A stretch of 64,000 nucleotides of DNA from Defluviitaleaceae bacterium (GCA_009780185.1 WRAN01000010.1:6450-70449); one strand, 5' to 3'. Shown: positions 56,473 to 64,000, numbered from the stretch's first letter. A program made the numbers and translations. The notes: generated by a model from the sequence alone, not told the origin.

Positions 56473-56737
56473 AAACAAGTATTCAAAGATTGGTGACTTC
56501 GACTACGGAAAAGATATATACGAGCAACAAGCAAAAGACCGTGTTGTTTTCGATGGCGAAAATATTATCGCGTTTCCTGACTACGTAGACTTCGTATCTC
56601 CATCTTTTATTCAAGGATTTATAGCTGTACCTATTGGCAATGTAGGAAAAGAGAATGTCTTAGAGTACATTAGCTTTGAATCCCCGCGAAGTGAAGTAGT
56701 TAAGCAGATTTACAACGGCTTACGCAGAGCTATGTGA
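56441..56737 (+). CDS. STAS-like (DUF4325-type) small protein, cassette B gene 2
   Basis: ATG lies behind GGGGTGAG and overlaps the gene 1 end. VVFDGENIIAFPDYVDFVSPSFIQGFI resembles the DUF4325 'LDFxGVxxxsxSFxxEf' core. Confidence 0.5.
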   Translation: MEKEKIMLEFENKYSKIGDFDYGKDIYEQQAKDRVVFDGENIIAFPDYVDFVSPSFIQGFIAVPIGNVGKENVLEYISFESPRSEVVKQIYNGLRRAM

Positions 56738-56747
56738 GGATATCGTT

Positions 56748-57257
56748 ATGGAGTATGGGGAGCTTGTAGGGGTAGTTATAAATGCATCAGAGGGTACGTC
56801 TTTAATGTCATATATCCATATGATAGGCTCGCTAATGTGGATGGGGCTTTCTGCTATAGCAATGATTATTTTCTCTGTGAAAAATTATAAGATGAGCGAG
56901 TCTTATAATAAAAAGACATTGAAGAATCGTGTTTTTGATAGGGTCTTTCAAAAGGTGATTGAGGATAGTCTAATTAAGCTGGCTGATATAATTCCTGCAA
57001 TCTCAGATTTTAATTTTGACGAATTTAAAGATGTTCTGGAGTCTTTTACTGTGGGTATAGAGGTATATAAGTATCATGATAAGCCTTTTTATGAAGAAAT
57101 TTGGGATTTAGTTTATAAGATAACAGACGATATTATCAAAATTGAAAACGCTACAAGTTCGTCTAGTAAATCAAAATGGTTTGCATCTTTGGAAAGTCAT
57201 ATTCAAAAAATATTTGACGTTATTGAAAGGTATTGTACAGACTTAGATGCGAATTAG
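56748..57257 (+). CDS. Hypothetical single-pass membrane protein, cassette B gene 3 (169 aa)
   Basis: TM is IHMIGSLMWMGLSAIAMIIFSV, followed by a helical soluble domain. No family motif recognised. Confidence 0.6.
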   Translation: MEYGELVGVVINASEGTSLMSYIHMIGSLMWMGLSAIAMIIFSVKNYKMSESYNKKTLKNRVFDRVFQKVIEDSLIKLADIIPAISDFNFDEFKDVLESFTVGIEVYKYHDKPFYEEIWDLVYKITDDIIKIENATSSSSKSKWFASLESHIQKIFDVIERYCTDLDAN

Positions 57258-57280
57258 ATAACACTATTTTTGCACAAAGT

Positions 57281-57315
57281 AAGCCCCCGTGAGGTTCGTC
57301 TCGCAGGGGCTTTTA
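57281..57315. terminator. Bidirectional terminator between convergent genes
   Basis: AAGCCCCCGTGAG ... CTCGCAGGGGCTTTT. Confidence 0.65.
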
Positions 57316-57335
57316 TATTGTATGATAGAGATCAA

Positions 57336-59039
57336 TTAATGATTAACGGCATTAATATCCCGCTTATTATAGAAGTAAAACCCGGCAGCGGTAAGGGCAA
57401 TTGCAATCATGACCTTAACTGCCATAGTAATCCAGTTAATCTCTTCAAGTGGCAGAAGCGGCACCCATCCAAAGGGTGTTGTACGGGCTACCCAGCTTGG
57501 AAAGATATCTATCCGGCCAAACATATCCATAAAGAAGGAGTAGCCAAGGTATCCCCAGATGAAGCCGGTTGCTTTGGGAAGTAAGCCTACTAGAAGGACG
57601 GTTATGCCCACCATAATCCACAGGGCGGGTACAAATACTAAAGCTGACCTTAGTACGAAGCTGATGGACAAGTCACCTGGGTTTACTAACGTTGTTGTGG
57701 CTACAGCGTACATTCCAAGGGCTACAGCGGCTTGTAATAGTATTGCCGATATCATGGCAATGGCTACAAACCCGGCTAGGTACTTAGTGCGGCTTACGGA
57801 GGCGGCTAGTACCAGCTCTGTACGGATGTCTTTTTCCTCTGATTTGGCCTTTGTGGTGAACACAATAAGGGCGGCTAGGCCCATTACTGCCATCATTCCG
57901 TTGATAAAGCCTGAGAACATTTCTGCTACGGTGACGCCTGCCGCACTTAGTGCTTGGTTCATAATGGCAATGGCTTCATCTACAGGCAAGCCTTCTAATA
58001 CGCTAATGTCCATAAAAGGGCCTAGTATCAGGGTCTGGTACATTTCATTGCTGGCGACAAAGGATTCTATATCTGCAAGTACTGCGCCATATGTGCCGCC
58101 TAGGATAAACATGCCTACGACTATCATGATTATTGTAAAGCGCTGGAGCCGGAAGGTTAAACCGGGGGCAGATTTTAGTAAGAAACCGCCATCTGCTTTG
58201 CCTGGTTTTGCTGGGATCATGCCCTGATCTATGTCTCTGATGGAGGTCAGGTAGAAGGCTGCTGCCGCTACAACAGCAGTTGTGCCAAGCATTATCCAAA
58301 TGGGCCACCAGTTGTTTTGAATATATACTTGAGTGCGCAATATAAGCCCGAGTGGGCTGATTAGTGCAACCCATTCTAAATCTGTATTCATGTCGCCTAT
58401 AGCCCGCACTAAGTACAGAACTATCAGTGTGACGAAGGAATAGGCCATAACGCTGCGAGTGATTGCGGATAGCTGGCAAAGCAGTGCTGTAAGTGCCGCA
58501 AATACAAGACCGGTAACGCCCAGGCCAACACCCCATAACATTGAGCCTGCAAGGCACATGTATGTGTCTCCCACCATTCCGCCTAGGTACATAGCAAGTC
58601 CCATGGTAATGGCTAAGATGCCGTTGATAATCAAGGCTGTAATCATGGCGGCATTAATATTGGCAAGCCTTCCTAGAGGAAGAGAGCGCACAACTTCGTA
58701 GCGCCCCTTTTCCTCGTCTGCCCTGGTGTGGCGTACTATTAAGAAGATGTTCATAATGCCTACCGTTAGCGCAACGAATACAAACATTAGGTTGGCATAT
58801 ACTGCCCCAAATGTAGGATTTTCTGCGGCAAAGACCGGGCCGGCCATAGCTACCATTGCAGGGTTTTCAAATACGCTTATAAGTTCTAATCTGGCGTAAT
58901 AATCCAGAGCTGTGTACATGCCCGGTACCAGCCCGGCAACAATTATTAACAGCAGCACAATCCATACGGCGGAGGTGATGCGTTCCCGCCTTAGCATAAA
59001 GCGGGTTAGCTGCAAACTATTTTCGAATAATCCTTTCAT
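57336..59039 (-). CDS. ABC-2-type exporter permease (about 12 TM segments, fused double module)
   Basis: 567-aa polytopic protein directly downstream of the ATPase gene. Confidence 0.8.
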   Translation of the reverse strand: MKGLFENSLQLTRFMLRRERITSAVWIVLLLIIVAGLVPGMYTALDYYARLELISVFENPAMVAMAGPVFAAENPTFGAVYANLMFVFVALTVGIMNIFLIVRHTRADEEKGRYEVVRSLPLGRLANINAAMITALIINGILAITMGLAMYLGGMVGDTYMCLAGSMLWGVGLGVTGLVFAALTALLCQLSAITRSVMAYSFVTLIVLYLVRAIGDMNTDLEWVALISPLGLILRTQVYIQNNWWPIWIMLGTTAVVAAAAFYLTSIRDIDQGMIPAKPGKADGGFLLKSAPGLTFRLQRFTIIMIVVGMFILGGTYGAVLADIESFVASNEMYQTLILGPFMDISVLEGLPVDEAIAIMNQALSAAGVTVAEMFSGFINGMMAVMGLAALIVFTTKAKSEEKDIRTELVLAASVSRTKYLAGFVAIAMISAILLQAAVALGMYAVATTTLVNPGDLSISFVLRSALVFVPALWIMVGITVLLVGLLPKATGFIWGYLGYSFFMDMFGRIDIFPSWVARTTPFGWVPLLPLEEINWITMAVKVMIAIALTAAGFYFYNKRDINAVNH

Positions 59040-59050
59040 GTTGGCCCCCT

Positions 59051-59938
59051 TTAGCTAGTTGCCCCGTAGTGGCGCATGAATAACTCTTCCAGTGACGGTG
59101 GTGTGCTTTCTAGTTTTGTGATGCCGAAGGGCTGGAGATGATTGATTACTATGCCCATTTTGTCTGTGTTTACTTGGAATTTTACGCTATAGCCTTCTTT
59201 GGCTATGTCGTATACTCCCTCTATGTTTTCTAGGCCTTCGATAGGGCGCTCTGTGGATACTGTCATTGTGTAGCTGGTTAGGTGCCTAAGGTCGTCTAGT
59301 GTGCCTACTTCTACTAGCTGGCCTTCGCGGATTATGCCCACTCTGTCACATAAGCGCTCTACTTCCGACATTATATGGCTGGAGAGAAATACACCTTTGC
59401 CTTTGTTTTTTTGCTCCATTACGCAGTCTTGGAAGACTTGCTCCATTAGTGGGTCTAGGCCGGATGTTGGCTCGTCTAGGATGTATAGGTCTACGTCTGA
59501 GGCGAAGGCGGCTACTAGGGCTACTTTTTGTCGGTTGCCTTTGGAATAGGTGCGGCATTTTTTTGTTGGGTCTAGGTTGAAATCGCGGATTAGGCGCTCG
59601 CGCAGGGCTTTGTCGTGGGAGCCGCGTAGACGTACGAATAGGTCTATTACTTCGCCTCCGGTTAGGTTTGGCCATAGGTTTACATCGCCGGGGACGTAAG
59701 CTATGCGCTTGTGGATTTCTACTGCGTCTTTCCATGCGTCTTTACCGAAGACTTTTACTTGGCCTGAAGAGGCTTGTAGGATGCCTAGTAGGGTGCGTAT
59801 GGTGGTGGATTTGCCGGCTCCGTTGGGGCCGATGTAGGCGAAGACTTCCCCTTCTTTTATTTCCAGGTTTATGTCTTTGAGTGCTTGGAACTTACCGAAG
59901 TACTTGTTTAGGTTTTTGATTTCTACGCTTAAACTCAT
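59051..59938 (-). CDS. ABC transporter ATP-binding protein (DrrA/ABC-2 type)
   Basis: Walker A GPNGAGKST. Signature YSKGNRQKV. Walker B LYILDEPTSGLD. Confidence 0.92.
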   Translation of the reverse strand: MSLSVEIKNLNKYFGKFQALKDINLEIKEGEVFAYIGPNGAGKSTTIRTLLGILQASSGQVKVFGKDAWKDAVEIHKRIAYVPGDVNLWPNLTGGEVIDLFVRLRGSHDKALRERLIRDFNLDPTKKCRTYSKGNRQKVALVAAFASDVDLYILDEPTSGLDPLMEQVFQDCVMEQKNKGKGVFLSSHIMSEVERLCDRVGIIREGQLVEVGTLDDLRHLTSYTMTVSTERPIEGLENIEGVYDIAKEGYSVKFQVNTDKMGIVINHLQPFGITKLESTPPSLEELFMRHYGATS

Positions 59939-59955
59939 TTTTATTCCTCCTAATC

Positions 59956-60103
59956 AATGAGCAAAAATCGCGATGCTTTAACGCGTTTTTGCGAATGGTT
60001 TTTGCCGAAGGCAAAAAGATTACATTTTATCGAGCAAAAATCGCGATGATTTAACGCGTTTTTGCGAATGGTTTTTGCCGAAGGCAAAAGGTTACATTTT
60101 ATA
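59956..60103 (-). repeat. Repeat family R1, locus B: two abutting 74-bp units between tetR and the ABC ATPase gene
   Basis: The GAGCAAAAATCGCGATG... unit starts at 59959 and 60033 (period 74). The distal unit overlaps the last codons and stop of tetR (60092-60094). Confidence 0.85.
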
Positions 60104-60733
60104 GAAGCATTTTCTCAAAATGCTTAGATGTTCTTTGAATTCTTCTAGGAAAGCATCATAGTTTTTTATTACTGAGCTTATATTGTCGTGGCCTGCCTGG
60201 TCTACTTTGCTGTGAGAAAAGCCGTTTACTGCCCACATTATTATTTCTATGGCTTTTTCAGGTGGGATATCTTCTCTGAAGAGGGTTTTATCGCAGTGGG
60301 CGTATACGTCAGCTATTATTTTGCCTTGTATTTGGTGGAATTTCTTTAAATGCTCTTTGGCGGGGCAGTCTTTATCGTCTACATATACTCGGGTTAGAAA
60401 TTCGAATATTGTGGGGTAACGTTGGGATAGCTCTAGTTTTAGAAGGCTTAGTTGCCAGATGCTATCTAGGATATCTGGCTGATGGGTGTTGATTAGGTCT
60501 ATAAATTCTGTTTGGACGATGTTTACGGCGTTGTCTACCAGGAAGTTGTATAAGTTCTCTTTGGTTCCGAAGTAGTGGAATAGTAGACCTTTGGATATGC
60601 CTGCCTCCCGGACTATATTATCTGTGGAGGCTTTTTTGAAGCCGTTTAGGAACTCCGTCATTGCGGCGTTTAGGATACGCTCACGTTTTTCTTCTTCTAT
60701 TGAATGGAATTTATCGTATTGAGGGGCACTCAT
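60092..60733 (-). CDS. TetR/AcrR family transcriptional regulator
   Basis: HTH: STDNIVREAGISKGLLFHYFGTKENLY. Confidence 0.9.
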   Translation of the reverse strand: MSAPQYDKFHSIEEEKRERILNAAMTEFLNGFKKASTDNIVREAGISKGLLFHYFGTKENLYNFLVDNAVNIVQTEFIDLINTHQPDILDSIWQLSLLKLELSQRYPTIFEFLTRVYVDDKDCPAKEHLKKFHQIQGKIIADVYAHCDKTLFREDIPPEKAIEIIMWAVNGFSHSKVDQAGHDNISSVIKNYDAFLEEFKEHLSILRKCFYKM

Positions 60734-60750
60734 TAAACCACTCTCCTTTC

Positions 60751-60802
60751 ATTGACTGACTCGATGGGTCAATTATAATTGTATTGACTGCATAAGTCAA
60801 TA
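60751..60802 (-). promoter_or_regulatory. Consensus sigma-A promoter of tetR overlapped by two palindromic operator candidates
   Basis: The minus strand reads TTGACT (60795-60800)-17 nt-TATAAT (60772-60777). Palindromes are TATTGACTGCATAAGTCAATA (60783-60802) and ATTGAC-N11-GTCAAT (60751-60773). Confidence 0.65.
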
Positions 60803-60820
60803 GCAAAATAAAAAAATTTT

Positions 60821-60856
60821 AAAAGCCCAGAATCGAATGATATTCTGGGCTTTTTG
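60821..60856. terminator. Orphan bidirectional terminator hairpin in the tetR / hisH-like divergent intergenic region
   Basis: AAAAGCCCAGAAT-CGAATGAT-ATTCTGGGCTTTTT. No annotated gene ends here. Confidence 0.6.
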
Positions 60857-60995
60857 TAGGCGTTTATCATGGACTAACGTAATATTATACATTAACTTTC
60901 GGAAAGCCCCTGGTTGCAAAAAAAGAAGCAAAACTGGACAATTTTGCCGATTTATCATACATTATGTAAAAGTTATTTATTGGAGACGGATAAAG

Positions 60996-61610
60996 ATGAT
61001 TAGAATAGTCAGTACCAATGGCACGAATTATACGACCGTGCTGCGTGAAGTCCAGCTTCTTGGCTATAAGCCCAAAATGCTTAAAAGCGTCAAGGATGTG
61101 CCTAAAACTACCCATATTATTTTATCAGGCAATGATGAGCCTACTTTTATGCTTAAAGGCCTGAAAAGTCAGAATCTGCTGCCTAAATTGGAAAAAGTGG
61201 TTAAGCATCGCAATGTGCTTATTTTGGTAATGGGGCGGTGTATGCAACTGCTTTATGAAGGTATAGATGGCCCCAAGGGGTGGATACCTGGGACGGGTTG
61301 GCTATCTGGGCATGTTGTGCCTTTTGCGTATGGATGTGAGCCTGCTAAGGGGGCGCATGCTGTTGAGTTTGTGAAGGATGTTTGTGGTGCTAGTGATGGT
61401 ATGTATCGTTTTGATATGCCCTTTCAGGTGAAGGATGGATATGAAGGGGATTTGTGGGGTGAGGCTAGGCTTTCTGTGCCTGATCCTTTTCCTGCGGCTG
61501 TGCATCATAGGAATATTTATGGTGTTCAGTTTAATTTGCTTAGGAGTGGGGTGCAGGGGCGGGAGTTGCTTCGAGGGTTTTTGAATCGGGTGCCGGATAG
61601 TGGGGATTGA
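60996..61610 (+). CDS. HisH-like class I glutamine amidotransferase homologue with a degenerate catalytic triad
   Basis: ATG lies behind GGAG. MIRIVSTNGTNYTTV..., LILVMGRCMQLLYE and IYGVQFNLLRSGVQGRELLRGF align with the HisH blocks GICLGMQLL and FQFHPEKS. The ORF-track start at 60837 begins inside the terminator hairpin. Confidence 0.65.
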   Translation: MIRIVSTNGTNYTTVLREVQLLGYKPKMLKSVKDVPKTTHIILSGNDEPTFMLKGLKSQNLLPKLEKVVKHRNVLILVMGRCMQLLYEGIDGPKGWIPGTGWLSGHVVPFAYGCEPAKGAHAVEFVKDVCGASDGMYRFDMPFQVKDGYEGDLWGEARLSVPDPFPAAVHHRNIYGVQFNLLRSGVQGRELLRGFLNRVPDSGD

Positions 61611-61630
61611 TGGGGTGGGTGGTGGATTTA

Positions 61631-61657
61631 GCGGTTTTGATGATAATGACGAAAGCG
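61631..61657 (+). repeat. Repeat R3, copy 2 (27-nt exact match)
   Basis: GCGGTTTTGATGATAATGACGAAAGCG is identical to 50132-50158. It lies 50 nt upstream of GTG 61707. Confidence 0.85.
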
Positions 61658-61706
61658 GTCGCGTACTGTGTTTATGGGCTTTTATAGATAGGAAGGGGCG
61701 GAAGCT

Positions 61707-64000
61707 GTGAGTGAAAAAAGGGATTTTTTCATCAGCTACAACAAAAATGATAAGCAGTGGGCAAAATGGATTGCGGCTGTTCTTGAGCAAAGTGGTGGAT
61801 ATACTTGTTATATCCAAGCATGGGATTTTCGAAAAGGTGGAAATTTTGTGTTGGATATGCAAAAGGCCCTAGTTAATTCGGAACGGGCTATAGCCGTGTT
61901 GTCTCCAAGTTTTATGGATTCTGAATATTGCCAGGCAGAGTGGGCGGTGGAATTTACGAAAGACCCTGCCAGTAAAAATCGGTTGCTCATACCTGTAAGG
62001 GTGTATGATTTTAAGCCTGAAGGCCTGTTTGCAAGCATAACTTATATTGACCTTGTTGGTGTAGAAGAAAAAGAGGCAGAAAAACAGCTTTTAAACGGTG
62101 TTGATACCAATGATATTCCCAGGCCTCGCCCTATCTTCCCGGGAACTAGCTCTGCTTCCCTCCCTGCGTTTCCTGGAGCCATGCCAGGGTGGACTCCTAG
62201 CGGCATGTCATCTCTTCCGTTTATGCAAAATCAATACTTTACCGGAAGGGATAAAGTATTTGAAGATATTTGCGTCGGATTTGAAAGCGGGAAGACTATA
62301 GCATTAACCCAAACACTTGCGGGAATGGGTGGATTGGGCAAGACCCAAACAGCGTTAGAGTATGTCTATAGATATGCATATAAATATAAGTGTGTGTGGT
62401 GGGTTATGGCTGAAACAGAGTCAACCGTATTGGCATCATATAAGAATTTTGCGACTAAAATGGGGCTAATACCCAAAGAGCAGCAGGATGATGAGTTAAT
62501 ACTCCAAGCTGTTTTAGATTGGATGGACTCTGAAAGTAAATGGTTGTTTATCTATGATAATGTGAATGGTATCTCTGCGAGCACTCCATGGTTGCCGAGA
62601 AATAATAGAGGCAATATATTAATTACTACTAGAAGTAATCATGTACCTTTTGGCAAAAGGGTTGATATTGATGTTTTTACAGAGGAAGAAGCCATTCACT
62701 TTTTAGAAAGCCGTACCGGGCTGGACAAAGGCCTCGAAAACGCGGCGGTTCTTGCCAAGCGCTTAGGGTATCTTCCGCTGGCTTTGGAGCAAGCGGCGGC
62801 ATATATACAAACCAATGGGGATACATATGTAGATTATATCTACTTGCTTGAAAGCCATGGGTTGAAAGTATTGGATGATATGTATGGTGTAAACCACTAT
62901 GATAAGCCTCTTGCAGTAACTATGGAAATCTCCATTGAAAAGATAAACAAGGATGAAGCACGGGATTTACTGTATTTGTGTGCTTATATGGCGCCAGAAG
63001 ATATTGATGATGCATTGTTTCGCGAAAACGCGGAGCTGTTGCCTATGCCTTTGAGTGAAGCGTTGAAAAACCGCTTAATCGGCAATGAAGCCTGGAGGCA
63101 ATTGACTCAGTATTCTCTTTTGAAAAGGCAAGACGATGGTAATGGGTATTCCATGCATCGTCTGCTTCAGGAAGTGGTGCGGAATAAAATAGGACTTGAT
63201 AAGCAATGGGCGTTGTCCTGCTTATCCCTTTTCAGAAAAATATATTATTTTGAGTATGGAGATATTGTCTCTCGCGACTCATTTATAAGTCTAACTCCAC
63301 ATGTGGAAGCATTTTTAAATAACGCTATAATTTTAACTGATGATGAGGACAAAAAAGGCATAGCTAATTTATACCATAAGGGTGGCTTTGGATTTTCTTA
63401 TCAAGGACACTATAAACGAGCGCAGGAGTGGTATAAGAAGGCTTTAGATATCATTGAAAATGTGTTAGGCATAGACCACCCATCCACCGCCACAACCTAC
63501 AATAACATAGCGAGTGTATATAATAGTCAGGGAGAATACGCAAAGGCGCTGGAGTGGTATAAGAAGGCTTTAGATATCATTGAAAATGTGTTAGGCAAAG
63601 ACCACCCATACACCGCAACAACTTACAATAACATAGCGTTAGCTTATTCTAGTCAGGGAGAATACGCAAAGGCGCTGGAGTGGAATAATAAGGCTTTAGA
63701 TATCAGAGAAAAGGTGTTAGGCGAAGACCATCCAGACACCGCAACAACCTACAATAACATAGGGGTAGTTTATTCTAGTCAGAGAGAATACGTAAAGGCG
63801 CTGGAGTGGAATAATAAGGCTTTATATATCAGAGAAAAGGTGTTAGGCAAAGACCATCCAGACACCGCAACAACCTACAATAACATAGCACTAGTTTATT
63901 CTAGGCAGGGAGAATACGCAAAGGCACTGGAGTGGAATAATAAGGCTTTATATATCAGAGAAAAGGTGTTAGGCAAAGACCATCCAGACACTGCAACAAC
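61707..64000 (+). CDS. TIR - NB-ARC (STAND NTPase) - TPR protein (bacterial NLR-like); the 3' end lies outside the window
   Basis: GTG start behind GGAAGGGG. TIR: FFISYNKNDKQWAKWI..., AVLSPSFMDSEYCQAEW. NB-ARC: GMGGLGKTQ (P-loop), WLFIYDNV (Walker B), ILITTRS, GYLPLALEQAAAYI. At least 5 TPR_12-like 42-aa repeats follow. It is absent from the ORF track because no stop is reached. Confidence 0.9.
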   Translation, partial: MSEKRDFFISYNKNDKQWAKWIAAVLEQSGGYTCYIQAWDFRKGGNFVLDMQKALVNSERAIAVLSPSFMDSEYCQAEWAVEFTKDPASKNRLLIPVRVYDFKPEGLFASITYIDLVGVEEKEAEKQLLNGVDTNDIPRPRPIFPGTSSASLPAFPGAMPGWTPSGMSSLPFMQNQYFTGRDKVFEDICVGFESGKTIALTQTLAGMGGLGKTQTALEYVYRYAYKYKCVWWVMAETESTVLASYKNFATKMGLIPKEQQDDELILQAVLDWMDSESKWLFIYDNVNGISASTPWLPRNNRGNILITTRSNHVPFGKRVDIDVFTEEEAIHFLESRTGLDKGLENAAVLAKRLGYLPLALEQAAAYIQTNGDTYVDYIYLLESHGLKVLDDMYGVNHYDKPLAVTMEISIEKINKDEARDLLYLCAYMAPEDIDDALFRENAELLPMPLSEALKNRLIGNEAWRQLTQYSLLKRQDDGNGYSMHRLLQEVVRNKIGLDKQWALSCLSLFRKIYYFEYGDIVSRDSFISLTPHVEAFLNNAIILTDDEDKKGIANLYHKGGFGFSYQGHYKRAQEWYKKALDIIENVLGIDHPSTATTYNNIASVYNSQGEYAKALEWYKKALDIIENVLGKDHPYTATTYNNIALAYSSQGEYAKALEWNNKALDIREKVLGEDHPDTATTYNNIGVVYSSQREYVKALEWNNKALYIREKVLGKDHPDTATTYNNIALVYSRQGEYAKALEWNNKALYIREKVLGKDHPDTAT
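63426..64000 (+). repeat. Tandem 126-bp DNA repeats (4.5 or more copies) encoding the 42-aa TPR units
   Basis: GAGTGG(T/A)ATAA(G/T)AAGGCTTTA(G/T)ATATC... recurs at 63426, 63552, 63678, 63804 and 63930. Neighbouring units differ at only a handful of positions. Confidence 0.9.

Noticed and set aside
62098-62301. A 67-aa ORF listed in the track inside the TIR-STAND region.
   Set aside because: It is out of frame with, and fully contained in, the long GTG-61707 reading frame that carries the clear TIR and NB-ARC motifs.
1-64000. tRNA, rRNA, riboswitch and CRISPR content of the whole window.
   Set aside because: I scanned the intergenic regions of about 100 nt or more by eye (493-741, 6873-7003, 25157-25424, 29500-29837, 31167-31422, 36880-37136, 38052-38248, 52214-52482, 60734-60995). 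None shows a cloverleaf, rRNA-like conservation or a riboswitch core I recognise. This needs tRNAscan/Infernal to be definitive.

Overview
This 64-kb chromosomal segment reads like a spore-forming Clostridia-class Firmicute. That is an inference from gene content and order: pheST, scpAB, a LysM/DUF3794 spore-coat-type gene, and mreBCD-mrdA-minCDE-rodA-mgsA. No rRNA, tRNA, CRISPR array, transposase or integrase was recognised. Housekeeping blocks alternate with accessory material. (1) Two large secreted beta-helix repeat proteins (742-3213 and the LPXTG-anchored 31423-35112); the second sits beside an XRE-HTH/TPR regulator and a lipoprotein. (2) A large minus-strand peptidoglycan/MurNAc salvage locus (murR, GNAT, PIG-L deacetylase, namZ-like, nagZ, anmK, BadF-type kinase, murQ) with a second RpiR regulator, a GHL10 protein and an LplABC-type ABC importer. 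(3) Three candidate conflict/defence modules. These are an AT-rich three-gene cassette ending in a PIN-like nuclease with a Cys4 insert (9116-11201), an AT-rich GHKL-ATPase + STAS-like + membrane-protein cassette (55300-57257), and a TIR-NB-ARC-TPR STAND gene (61707 to the window end) preceded by a catalytically degenerate HisH-like gene. Several intergenic structured repeat families are present. One of them gives an identical Shine-Dalgarno leader to two unrelated genes 36 kb apart. All product calls come from motifs read in the translations; no database search was run.
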